Source: an uncultured Desulfospira sp.
GTDB lineage: Bacteria > Desulfobacterota > Desulfobacteria > Desulfobacterales > Desulfobacteraceae
Assembly: GCA_963663165.1 (NCBI GenBank)
Contig: OY760175.1
Span: 4,864,001-4,928,000 of the forward strand
Direction: 5' to 3'
Length of the DNA stretch: 64,000 nucleotides
Shown: in pieces, positions 19,959 through 29,282 of the stretch
Numbering within the stretch: position 1 is the stretch's first letter
How the letters are laid out: each line of letters begins with the position of its first letter
Notes under the pieces: generated by a model
Told to the model about the DNA's origin: nothing
The model's input: the letters and a program-made list of their open reading frames with translations, nothing else
Databases searched by the model: none
Program-made: the position numbers and the translations under genes

Positions 19959-20654
19959 TCAGATCCAGACCTTTAATTCAGTCAACGCGGTTGAGGCCAT
20001 CAGATACGGTTGTTGGGCGGCCAATGCGGCTGCCTGCATCTCATTGAACAGTCTGTTCAAGGACCACGTTTCAATGTGGCGGGCGGGGGCATCGCTGTAA
20101 TCGGAAACATATCCCCACATATGCAGGAGCGCATTCCTGATCCCGCCGGCTGATGGTGCTGTTCGTGATGTTTCGGTGAGCAGGACGGCAAGCTCTTTGA
20201 AATCCTGAGCAGGAGACATTTGGGCCACCCCCCGGCCGATTTTTTTGTAAAGGTTGGGGTCCCGGGCCAAAACCGAGTATTTGTGATGGGCCCATATGTC
20301 CTGGGCTGTATGGGGAAGCCCGATTCTTCCGGGCTCTTTGTCCCGGTATTTTTCACAAAGAATGGCAAACTGGTCAAACGGGGAGTCGATATAGGTTTGA
20401 GGCCACATCCCCTTGTTTTTGCGTGTGGTTACCGGGGACTTGTCCGTGAAGTTCCTTAAAGACATTTCCGCGGCCAGCAGGCGGTGCCTTAAATTCAGCG
20501 CCCACCCGCAATCAACCCATCTCAAGGTCTCAGGATGCCGGGCATATCCTTTCTTTTTGTTGACAATGATGGAGACGATGCCATGAAGTTCACGGTGTTC
20601 GCCCAGCAAACTTTGCCGGTTTAAATACCCTGGATGAATGTCCCAGACTCTCAT
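19959..20654 (-). CDS. Pyrimidine-dimer glycosylase-like N-terminal domain plus DUF1722 C-terminal domain
   Basis: MRVWDIHPGYLNRQSLLGEHRELH and HPETLRW; WAHHKYSVL and NALLHMWGYV. Confidence 0.7.
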   Translation of the reverse strand: MRVWDIHPGYLNRQSLLGEHRELHGIVSIIVNKKKGYARHPETLRWVDCGWALNLRHRLLAAEMSLRNFTDKSPVTTRKNKGMWPQTYIDSPFDQFAILCEKYRDKEPGRIGLPHTAQDIWAHHKYSVLARDPNLYKKIGRGVAQMSPAQDFKELAVLLTETSRTAPSAGGIRNALLHMWGYVSDYSDAPARHIETWSLNRLFNEMQAAALAAQQPYLMASTALTELKVWI

Positions 20655-20657
20655 GAT

Positions 20658-21551
20658 TTATCCTAACGGACCAAACCCGTATAGCCTGGCCGGGTTGTCC
20701 ACCAGGATTCCGGTTAAGGTCTTTTCATCGGGGACCCATGCGGCCAGAAGGTCTAACAAATCCCCGTCATTGGGCATGGGCACATTAATACAGGGATGGG
20801 GCCAGTCCGTGGCCCAGACCACCCGGTCCGGATTGGTTTCAATGATTTTTCGGGCATAAACCGCGGTGTCGGTGTAGGGAACGGTCTTTTGGCCGGTAAT
20901 CCGGTAAGCGCCCGAGACCTTGACCCAGGCCCGGCCTTTTTCCAGCATGGCCAGCATTTTAACGAATCCCGGATGATTTACCCCAAGGGATGCGGGCATA
21001 TGTCCCATATGGTCAAACACCACATCCACAGGCAAATCGGCCAGGGTGTCCAGATCAGGGAATTGCGAGACATCCACCAGCATTTGCAGATGCCAGCCCA
21101 GAGGGGCAATCTTGCGGGCCAGGTTTCTGATATCAGATATGGTAATGCCGCTTTTAAACAGCAGGTTGATCCGGATCCCCCGGGCACCCCTTTCGTGCAT
21201 GCGCTTAAGCTCCCCGGCATCAACAGCCTCATCCACCACCACCACAGCCCTGAAATTCTCCCCGCCCTGGGCCACGGCATCCAGGGTGGCCCGGTTGTCT
21301 GTGCCGTATACCGATGGCTGAACAATGACGGCCCGGTCCAGGCCCAGGGTGGCCAGCATCTTTTGATAATCTGTCAGAGATGCTTCGGGGGGCGTGTAAG
21401 ACCGGTGAGGGGTGTAAGGATACAGGGTTTCAGGCCCCAGGATGTGGGCATGGCAGTCACAGCCCCCCGGGGGCGCTTTAAACCCGGGGGCTTTTGGATT
21501 TGGATCTGCGCCGGCGCATTCCGGAATATGGGGCTCTTTGGTCAGTGCCAT
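20658..21551 (-). CDS. Amidohydrolase-2 family (LigI / 2-pyrone-4,6-dicarboxylate lactonase-like)
   Basis: CDCHAH, VQPSVYGTDN, RGIRIN, WHLQ, DHMG, WATDWPH. Confidence 0.85.
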   Translation of the reverse strand: MALTKEPHIPECAGADPNPKAPGFKAPPGGCDCHAHILGPETLYPYTPHRSYTPPEASLTDYQKMLATLGLDRAVIVQPSVYGTDNRATLDAVAQGGENFRAVVVVDEAVDAGELKRMHERGARGIRINLLFKSGITISDIRNLARKIAPLGWHLQMLVDVSQFPDLDTLADLPVDVVFDHMGHMPASLGVNHPGFVKMLAMLEKGRAWVKVSGAYRITGQKTVPYTDTAVYARKIIETNPDRVVWATDWPHPCINVPMPNDGDLLDLLAAWVPDEKTLTGILVDNPARLYGFGPLG

Positions 21552-21733
21552 TCAATTATCAGCCATTGGTTGAAGGCTGGCGGCTGTCAGGATTGCCGGT
21601 TCCGTGGCCTTCATAAAATGATTGTTTTTAACATTTTTTGAGTTGAAACTTCCAGATAAACCTGATGTAAAGGAAAGGATTCATTGGTCGGAAATGGAAT
21701 AACCGTTCAAATTTTAGGTAAAAAGGGTTTCTT

Positions 21734-22657
21734 ATGAAAAATCATTACATCCCTGAAGACCGCTTTCCAATGGCCCTCAGTCCCAATGTATTCATGCTGG
21801 GCAACTATTTTTTCAACCTTTTTCTGGTCCGGGGGAATACGGGCTCAGCCCTTTTTGAAACGGGAATTTCCGGCATCTGCGATGCCGTGATCGCACAACT
21901 TGATGTATTGGGGGCTAAACCGGATTTTCTGATCCCAAGCCATCCCCATACCGACCATATCACCGGCCTGCCCGGGTTGGCACAACAATTTCCCAACGCA
22001 AAAATCCTGAGCGGTGCCGGTGCCGCGAATTTTCTTTCCCATCCCAAAGCCGCTGCGCCCCTGATCAGGGACGACCGCTTCATGTCCCAAAGCCTTGAAA
22101 AAATGGGCATCCGGCCGGGAAGGCCTTCCCTTGAAACGGTCCCGGACCTCTCTTTGGCCCGGGAGATTGACGCCCCCTGCCGGTTTGACCTGGGCGGCAT
22201 TACATTGGAACTTATCCCGGTCCCGGGGCATTCCCCCGGCAACCTGATCGGCCGGGTCCTGGAGGAAAATATAATATTGAGTGCCGACAGCATAGGGTTC
22301 CATTTTCCGGGCCGCTGGTTCTATCCCCTCTTTTTTACCGGGGTCAGGGACTATCTTTCCACCCTTTCGTTTATCCGGGACCTTGCCCCTGCCATGATCT
22401 GCCCGGCCCACCAGGGACCGCTGAAAGGAGAGGCAGCCTTAAACGCCATAAAGGAATCCACGGACACCACCCGCGAGATCATCCGCCGGATCAACACCGC
22501 AGGCCTGTCCGACGAACAGTTTGCCATGGAACTGTTCACCAAAGGGTATAAGGATGAGTTTACCCTCTACACCCGGGAAAATATCCTGAACTGTTCCCGG
22601 CTTCTGGTCAAACGGGCCCGGGAGGGGGTCAGGGAGGTGGGGTCAAACCTTGATTAG
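21734..22657 (+). CDS. MBL-fold metallo-hydrolase
   Basis: SHPHTDHITG (HxHxDH), PGHSPG, PAH. Confidence 0.85.
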   Translation: MKNHYIPEDRFPMALSPNVFMLGNYFFNLFLVRGNTGSALFETGISGICDAVIAQLDVLGAKPDFLIPSHPHTDHITGLPGLAQQFPNAKILSGAGAANFLSHPKAAAPLIRDDRFMSQSLEKMGIRPGRPSLETVPDLSLAREIDAPCRFDLGGITLELIPVPGHSPGNLIGRVLEENIILSADSIGFHFPGRWFYPLFFTGVRDYLSTLSFIRDLAPAMICPAHQGPLKGEAALNAIKESTDTTREIIRRINTAGLSDEQFAMELFTKGYKDEFTLYTRENILNCSRLLVKRAREGVREVGSNLD

Positions 22658-22695
22658 TGAATAAGTTGATATATCTTGGTCAAGATCTGCCCCCA
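22638..22695. repeat. 58-bp mini-element made of the Y1-transposase terminal repeat and an imperfect inverted copy
   Basis: TGGGGTCAAACCTTGATTA identical to 24213-24231; inverted TCAAGATCTGCCCCCA; contains the stop codons of both convergent genes. Confidence 0.75.
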
Positions 22696-24134
22696 TTCCC
22701 ATCCATTTCCCGCTTAAGGATATTCAGGGAGTTGCGGGCCTGCTGATAATCGGGGTTCAGTTCCAGGGCCTTCTCAAAACTGGTTCTGGCCTTGGAAAAA
22801 TCGCCTTTTTTATAATAGACATACCCCAAAGAGTTATAGGCCTCCACAATGGCGGCATCCTTTTGCACCACATCCAGAAGAATTTTTTCAGCCTGGTCAA
22901 ACCGTCCCAAATCGCCTAAGGCCACGGCCATGTTAAAAGTGGCCGGCAAAAGGTCGGGCTGGATATCCAGCGCCTTTTGAAATTCATTGATGCTGGCCTC
23001 CTTTTCGCCCTGGTTGAACAATTCATTGCCCTTTTCAAAATGGGGGGCGGCCACTTCTGGCGGGGTCTCGGGCATCCGGACAGGCCCAAGCCCGGTATCG
23101 GGAACAAGATAATTGGCCCGGGCCAAAGGACTGTTAAAATCGGCCAGTTCCATCATTTTATGGGGCAGAACACAAACACTGAAAATTTCATCCACGCCGG
23201 CGGTAAATTCAATCCAGGTCAACTCCCTGCCGGTATTGATATCCACCACCCAGACCCCGCAGATCCGCCGGGGCAGGCGGGTGACAGGCAGGCCGCTGAA
23301 CGTGGCGCTCTCCCTGACCTTGGAAACGCCGATAAAGGCCAGGTCGTTAATCAGCTGAAATCCTCTGGTAAACCCCGGCACCCGGGACTTTTCCATGACG
23401 GTTCCCGTATCCGGGTCCAACCGGCACAATGCACCTTTGCCGGATTCCAGAAACCAGATCGCATCCTGGTGCCATCTCGGGGAATGGGGCATACTCAATC
23501 CTTCGGCCAGGATCTTATTGGTGTCAATATCCATGAGCATCCCGCCGTTGGCCTTATGGGCCCGCCACCCCATGGGGTCATCGGTCTTTCCCAGAAAGGT
23601 GACGTATCTAGGGCGCCCGTCCCGCATGCCAAGGCCGTTAAGATGGCACTTATCCACCGGTGAGAGATCAGAGATAAACGGCGGTTTCCACACCGGTACA
23701 AAGCTGTTTGCCCCGTCATTGACGCACAGGCAGGAGAACTTGGTATTGATGAAATAAAGCCGGTCGGAAAATGCCATTTCATGGATATCAATATCCCCTG
23801 TAAAATGGATATTAAAGGGCAGATAACAGGCGGTGAACACCTTTTCCTTATCCCCCCGGGGGGCTGCGGTGGAAAGATTCTGGAAATGCCATAAGCTGTG
23901 GCCCATGCCGGCCCACAGATTCCTGCCGTGGGTGGTCATGCCCATGGGCCGTAAAAAATCTCTATAACGGATATCCAGTTTTCCGTTTTCCTGGCCCACA
24001 AGTAGAATTTTGCCGGACTGATAGGTACTGACAACAAGGGTAATCCCGAATTGTTCCAGCATTTTTACAAGGCTGTCAGGATAATTAAAGGAGATGGTCT
24101 GGGGTATTTTCCCCCCGGTCTTATGGCCACTCAT
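22680..24134 (-). CDS. TIGR03032/DUF4915 family protein with C-terminal TPR repeats
   Basis: STYQSGK, TGDIDIHEM, NTKFSCL, WKPPFIS, DKCHLNGL, GLSMPHSPRW; three TPR-like helical pairs. Confidence 0.85.
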   Translation of the reverse strand: MSGHKTGGKIPQTISFNYPDSLVKMLEQFGITLVVSTYQSGKILLVGQENGKLDIRYRDFLRPMGMTTHGRNLWAGMGHSLWHFQNLSTAAPRGDKEKVFTACYLPFNIHFTGDIDIHEMAFSDRLYFINTKFSCLCVNDGANSFVPVWKPPFISDLSPVDKCHLNGLGMRDGRPRYVTFLGKTDDPMGWRAHKANGGMLMDIDTNKILAEGLSMPHSPRWHQDAIWFLESGKGALCRLDPDTGTVMEKSRVPGFTRGFQLINDLAFIGVSKVRESATFSGLPVTRLPRRICGVWVVDINTGRELTWIEFTAGVDEIFSVCVLPHKMMELADFNSPLARANYLVPDTGLGPVRMPETPPEVAAPHFEKGNELFNQGEKEASINEFQKALDIQPDLLPATFNMAVALGDLGRFDQAEKILLDVVQKDAAIVEAYNSLGYVYYKKGDFSKARTSFEKALELNPDYQQARNSLNILKREMDGNGGRS

Positions 24135-24212
24135 TTTTTTCCAATCTGTTCAAGTGTGGTCTGCTACGCATTTCTCCTTATAGTTCAGTTTTCCCGCCTT
24201 GGCAAACAACTA

Positions 24213-25258
24213 TGGGGTCAAACCTTGATTATAGCATTAAAAATTGACTGGATTTTCAGATGCTGATAATATAACGGCATGTCAAGACCTTTGAGAATAG
24301 AATTTGACGGTGCTTATTACCATGTCCTCGCCCGAGGAAATCATCACGGCCCCATTTTTAATACTGAAAATGATTACAATACTTTTCTTGAGTTATTAGA
24401 GGAGCTTACTGATCGGTTTCTGATCACTATATATGCCTATGTTTTAATGGGGAACCATTATCATCTGCTGTTGCAGACCCACCGGGCCAATCTTTCAAAA
24501 GCCATGCAGTGGCTTGGAACGACTTATACCAGACGGTTCAACATAAAAAACAAGCAAAGTGGGCATCTGTTCCAGGGGCGGTTTAAAAGCATTCTGGTGG
24601 AAAACACCTCATATTTCTTTACCCTTTCTTGTTATATCCATAGAAACCCGCTGCGGGCTCAGATGGTTAAAAGGCTGATGGATTATAAATGGAGCAGCTA
24701 CCCCTATTATGCATATCCACGAAAACAGCCGTCCTGGCTGGACACAGACCAAATTCTTTCACAGGTTGGCCAGGGCAAGGAGAGGCATTCATTGTACCGG
24801 AAAAAGGTTCAGGCTTACAGCGAAGAAAAGGAGTCCGTCTGGGAGCAGGTGAAATTCGGGTTTCTTTATGGATCTAAACCGTTTGCAGATAGCATTAAAG
24901 ACAAATATCTGCCGGACAGTCCGGACGGGGAGCGGCCCCAGTTGAACAGAATTTTAAAATCCTATTCCCCCGGGATTCTGATCAAACAGGCTGAACAGGT
25001 ACTCAATTGTGATATTGAATATTTCCGCCATACCAGCAGACTGACCGGGGCGGACCTGGACAAAAGAGATACCCTTGTCATCCTGCTATGGGAAATTGGA
25101 AGGTACAGCAACACAGAGATAGGAGAACTGCTTGGTCTTACACACTCATCGGTCAGTAAACGGTTGACCCGGGCCAAAGGTCTTGTGAAAAGCAGGGAAA
25201 ATAATCCTGTGAAAATAAATTATGATAAAATAAAGGCTATAATCAAGGTTTGACCCCA
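24213..25258 (+). mobile_element. Y1/HUH (RAYT-like) transposase element bounded by perfect 23-bp terminal inverted repeats
   Basis: TGGGGTCAAACCTTGATTATAGC (24213-24235) and its reverse complement (25236-25258). Confidence 0.8.
24279..25253 (+). CDS. REP-associated-type tyrosine (Y1) transposase with C-terminal HTH
   Basis: MSRPLR...YYHV..RGN, LMGNHYHLL (HUH), GHLFQGRFKS, YIHRNP, YKWSSY; stop codon lies inside the right TIR. Confidence 0.9.
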   Translation: MSRPLRIEFDGAYYHVLARGNHHGPIFNTENDYNTFLELLEELTDRFLITIYAYVLMGNHYHLLLQTHRANLSKAMQWLGTTYTRRFNIKNKQSGHLFQGRFKSILVENTSYFFTLSCYIHRNPLRAQMVKRLMDYKWSSYPYYAYPRKQPSWLDTDQILSQVGQGKERHSLYRKKVQAYSEEKESVWEQVKFGFLYGSKPFADSIKDKYLPDSPDGERPQLNRILKSYSPGILIKQAEQVLNCDIEYFRHTSRLTGADLDKRDTLVILLWEIGRYSNTEIGELLGLTHSSVSKRLTRAKGLVKSRENNPVKINYDKIKAIIKV

Positions 25259-25263
25259 ATTCC

Positions 25264-26778
25264 ATGACCCCAATTCCATTCATATGGCTGATGCTTCTTC
25301 TGACAGCGATTCCCCAGGCATGGGCAGGCCCGGAGACCCGGCCGCCGGCGGTTTCCGGCAGCTTTTATCCGGCAGATCCGGGCAAACTCAAGGCTGTGAT
25401 TGCCAATTATACGGACCGGGCCGACCTTTCGGGTGTCCACCTGCCGGAAAATGCGACCCTCAAGGCCCTAGTCATGCCCCATGCCGGTTATGTCTACTCG
25501 GGGCCTGTGGCGGCCCATGTCCATTTTTTGCTCAAGCCCCATGCCTTTTCCAAGGTTATCGTGATGGGGCCGGACCACCGGGTGGGGTTTTCAGGGTGTG
25601 CCGTATCCGATGCCAAAAATTGGCTGACCCCTTTGGGAAGCGTCCCTGTCCATCCGGATGCGGCCGCGCTGATCAAAGCGTCCTTGATATTCAGTCCGGT
25701 TGCCGAATCTGACCGGCTTGAACATGGTATTGAAGTGATCCTTCCCTTTCTTCAGACCTATGTGAAAGATTTCTCCCTGGTGCCCGTTGTCACCGGTTCC
25801 TGTGACTTTAAACCGGTTGCCCAATACCTGGCCGGCCTGATTGATCCGTCTACCCTGGTGGTGGTCAGTACGGACTTGTCCCATTACCTTCCTTATAACC
25901 GGGCCATTCATAAAGACCAGGAAACCATCTGGATGATCCTGAACCTGGATCAGGAACGGCTGGCAAAATCGTCCAATGCGGCCTGCGGAAAAATCCCCTT
26001 GCTCATTCTCATGGAAATTGCAAAAATGAAGCAGTGGACCCCCTACCTGCTCCACTATTCAAATTCCGGGGACACGGAAGGGGACAAACAGCGGGTGGTG
26101 GGATATACGGCCATGGCTTTTTTTCAGGAACCGGAAAGCGGCACAGGCCTTAACCCCGGCAACCTGCCCCCGGAAACCAACGGGAACGAAACCGTGAAAC
26201 ATGAATTTTCAGAAGATCAGGGAAAACTGCTGGTAGAACTGGCCCGGAAGACCATTGCCGGAAAACTGGGAAAGCCGCCGTCCCAAGAGGCCGCGTCATC
26301 CCTGGAACAGGCCCTTGACCAGGCCGTGTTCAAGCAGGACCTGGCAAGCTTTGTCACCCTTCATATCAATGGCCGGCTCAGGGGATGCATCGGCACCCTT
26401 GAGGCCAGTGAGCCCCTGGTGGACAATGTCCGGAACAACGCCCTGAACGCCGCGTTCAGCGATCCCCGGTTTTCCAAATTAAGCCGGGCCGAGCTGGACC
26501 TGATTGATATTGAAGTCAGCATCCTGACCCCGCCGGAAAAGCTGGCCTATTCAGATGCCCAGGACCTTTTATCCAAGCTTGAGCCCGGGGTCCACGGCGT
26601 GATCTTAAAAAAGAACTGGGCCCGGGCCACCTTTTTGCCCCAGGTCTGGGACCAGCTTCCCGACAAAAAAGATTTTTTGTCCCACCTTTGCCAGAAAGCC
26701 GGCCTGTCGGCCAATGAATGGAAAAAAGGCGATCTTGAAGTATTCACCTACCGGGTCCAATATTTTGAAGAAGAATAG
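25264..26778 (+). CDS. amrB: AmmeMemoRadiSam protein B (MEMO1) fused to protein A (AMMECR1), with signal peptide
   Basis: RPPAVSGSFYP, PHAGYVYSG, EHGIEV, STDLSHY, NSGD, VVGY; then FVTL....LRGCIG, DPRF, ATFLPQVW. Confidence 0.9.
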   Translation: MTPIPFIWLMLLLTAIPQAWAGPETRPPAVSGSFYPADPGKLKAVIANYTDRADLSGVHLPENATLKALVMPHAGYVYSGPVAAHVHFLLKPHAFSKVIVMGPDHRVGFSGCAVSDAKNWLTPLGSVPVHPDAAALIKASLIFSPVAESDRLEHGIEVILPFLQTYVKDFSLVPVVTGSCDFKPVAQYLAGLIDPSTLVVVSTDLSHYLPYNRAIHKDQETIWMILNLDQERLAKSSNAACGKIPLLILMEIAKMKQWTPYLLHYSNSGDTEGDKQRVVGYTAMAFFQEPESGTGLNPGNLPPETNGNETVKHEFSEDQGKLLVELARKTIAGKLGKPPSQEAASSLEQALDQAVFKQDLASFVTLHINGRLRGCIGTLEASEPLVDNVRNNALNAAFSDPRFSKLSRAELDLIDIEVSILTPPEKLAYSDAQDLLSKLEPGVHGVILKKNWARATFLPQVWDQLPDKKDFLSHLCQKAGLSANEWKKGDLEVFTYRVQYFEEE

Positions 26779-26809
26779 CCGATGAAAATGTTGGATTAAA
26801 GGCGGTTTC

Positions 26810-28966
26810 ATGAACCCTTTTCATCCTTCATCCTTCACCCCGCATCCTTCCGGACATCCTTCCAAAACGCTTATCTTCGGCCTCATCATCACCACGGGCA
26901 TTGCCTCGGTGACCAATCAGCTGGTCATGATCCGGGAATTTTTGTCCTTGTTCGGCGGCAATGAAATTATCATCTCCATGGTATTGTTTAACTGGCTGCT
27001 CCTGGGCGGCCTGGGCACCCTGGCCGAAAGGTGGTATGAAAAGCCCTGTTTCAATTTGCCGCCCCCAACGCTTCCGGTCATTGCACGGTTCTGTCTGGTC
27101 CTCTGTGCCTTAGGGCCTGCCCAGGTCATTGGGGCCAGAATGTTAAACCATTTCTGGTTCCTTGAAGGCACATCCCGGGGGTTTTACGCGATTTTCGGTT
27201 TTACCGTCCTGGTTTCCGCGCCCTATTGCCTGCTGGTGGGATTTTTACTTCCCTTCAGTCTTTCCGGGGCAAAGCTTGCGGCCCCCAAGGTTTCATCCAC
27301 TGAAATTTACATGGCCGACAATGCCGGTGATACCCTGGGCGGGGTCTTGTTTTCCTTTGTGTTTATCTGGTTTCTCTCCCCTGTCCAGGCCGCTGCCGCC
27401 GCCGGTCTGCCGCTGTTTGCCCTGTCGGTAAAGGGATTGACCGCTGGTCCGAAAGGGCGCGTGGCTTTATGGATTTTGCCGGTATGCCTTGTGGCCTTTA
27501 TTTCCCTGGGGCTGGAAAGGCCAAGCCTTGGGTTTCACAACGGTTCCCTTGCCGTTTATCGGGAAACCCCCTACGGCCGGGTGGAAGTCCGGGATCAGGC
27601 CGGCCGGTCCGTGTTTATCCTCAACAGCATTCCCCTTTTTGACAGCCAGGATACGGCAACGGCGGAAAAACGGGTCCACTGTGTCCTCTCCCAGCTGGAA
27701 CAGGTCCATCACGTTCTCCTGGTCTCTGCGTCCCCCGGCTGTATCCGGGAAATCCAAAAATACCACCCTGACCGGATCGACTATCTGGAAATAGACCCCG
27801 AGGTGTCCGGGGCCATGGTGGCTTGCGGCTTCATTGCCCGTCCCCCCAGCCTTAATGTGATCCACCAGGATGCCCGGGCATATTTAAGCAGGACAAGGAC
27901 CCGTTACGACGCGGTTATCCTTAACCTGCCCGGACCGGACACCTTTCAGGCCAACCGGTTATACACCAGGCAATTCTTTGCCCTGGTCAGGTCAAGGCTT
28001 ACGGACCGGGGCACGGCCTGTTTTTTTGTCCCGGGGTACGATAACTACCCGTCCCCCGGGCTTTTAAAACAGCTGTCCTGCCTTTATGCCGCCGCGTGTC
28101 AGGCCTTTGATCATGTCCTGGTCCTGCCGGGGCTTGAAACCTATTTTATCCTGGGCAACACCCGGCTTACCAGCGATATCCCCAAACGGCTCAAGGCAAA
28201 GGATATCCGGACATCATACCTGGAAGACCATTTTTACGGGGATTTTTCCCCCATGAGACTTCAAACCCTCATGGCGGCCCTTGATCCTTTGGCCCCGGCC
28301 AATGCCGATTTCTCCCCGGGCCTTTTGCCCGCCTCCTTTGAACACTGGTTTGAAACCTTCGGGCTTTCCCCCACCCTGTTTTTCGGGGTCACCGCCCTTG
28401 TTTTTCTGGTGTATTTTTTTTTGATTACCCCAACGGAAACCCTGCTGTTCACCACGGGCCTGACCGCCATGGGGGTGCAGTTGATGGTCTTGTTTGCCTT
28501 TCAGATTCTGTTTGGCTGCCTTTACCTGAAGACCGGCATCCTTCTCACCCTTTTCCTGGCCGGGCTGATGCCCGGGGCATGGGCCGGCAGGCGGTTTTTA
28601 AAGGGAAGTGCCCGGGGACGTGCATTAACGGTAGACCTGGCCATTCTCATATGGATTGCGGTATTTACGGGGCTGTTGTATTACGGCTATTATACGGGCC
28701 GGCCCCCCGGGGTGCTGTCCTTTTACGGGGCCTCGTTCTTAACCGCCTTTCTCATGGGCCTGGAATTTTCTTTTTGCGTTCCGGGAAAAGGGGATACGGC
28801 ATCCATGGCTGCCGGCCTGTTTGCCGCCGACCTGATGGGCGGGGCTGCCGGCATCATTCTTTTCAGTCTGGTCCTGCTGCCCTTTTGCGGGATGTTTCAA
28901 GCCGGGCTCATTCTGGTGTTGATCAAAGCCCTGGGCCTTGCCAGGTGTCTGGTATGGAAAAGATAA
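26810..28966 (+). CDS. Membrane protein with spermidine-synthase-like SAM-binding domain (start uncertain)
   Basis: TM block, then ETPYGRV, EIDPEV, DARAYL, YDAVILNLPGP, RLYT..FF, then a second TM block. Confidence 0.8.
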   Translation: MNPFHPSSFTPHPSGHPSKTLIFGLIITTGIASVTNQLVMIREFLSLFGGNEIIISMVLFNWLLLGGLGTLAERWYEKPCFNLPPPTLPVIARFCLVLCALGPAQVIGARMLNHFWFLEGTSRGFYAIFGFTVLVSAPYCLLVGFLLPFSLSGAKLAAPKVSSTEIYMADNAGDTLGGVLFSFVFIWFLSPVQAAAAAGLPLFALSVKGLTAGPKGRVALWILPVCLVAFISLGLERPSLGFHNGSLAVYRETPYGRVEVRDQAGRSVFILNSIPLFDSQDTATAEKRVHCVLSQLEQVHHVLLVSASPGCIREIQKYHPDRIDYLEIDPEVSGAMVACGFIARPPSLNVIHQDARAYLSRTRTRYDAVILNLPGPDTFQANRLYTRQFFALVRSRLTDRGTACFFVPGYDNYPSPGLLKQLSCLYAAACQAFDHVLVLPGLETYFILGNTRLTSDIPKRLKAKDIRTSYLEDHFYGDFSPMRLQTLMAALDPLAPANADFSPGLLPASFEHWFETFGLSPTLFFGVTALVFLVYFFLITPTETLLFTTGLTAMGVQLMVLFAFQILFGCLYLKTGILLTLFLAGLMPGAWAGRRFLKGSARGRALTVDLAILIWIAVFTGLLYYGYYTGRPPGVLSFYGASFLTAFLMGLEFSFCVPGKGDTASMAAGLFAADLMGGAAGIILFSLVLLPFCGMFQAGLILVLIKALGLARCLVWKR

Positions 28967-29131
28967 AACCAGCCGTCTCGTTCATCAGATTTAAACGATT
29001 CTAAGCCGACTTTAAAAAATTTTCCACTGTGTAAAAACAAATGACACACCGGTGTGGGGATTTGAGGCGGTCAAATATGTTTTTTGTTTTATTACAATAA
29101 GTTATAAATTGATTTAAATCCTGACATTCCC

Positions 29132-29147
29132 TGGTACGGTCATTGCC
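29132..29147 (+). promoter_or_regulatory. sigma-54 promoter of the hydrogenase-pta operon
   Basis: TGGTACGGTCATTGCC matches TGGYRC-N5-TTGC; AT-rich tract and imperfect palindrome TGTGT-N11-ACACA about 100 bp upstream. Confidence 0.7.
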
Positions 29148-29282
29148 TAAGCAGCTAGTATAAACTGCCCGGCATGGGGGGTTTACCCCCCGCCGGGTTG
29201 TTTTAGTTGATAAAGTTGCACATTCTGGAATTAAATATTCCCGGGGCCCGTGCGGTCCCGGGCAGACCACTAGGAGGAAACA

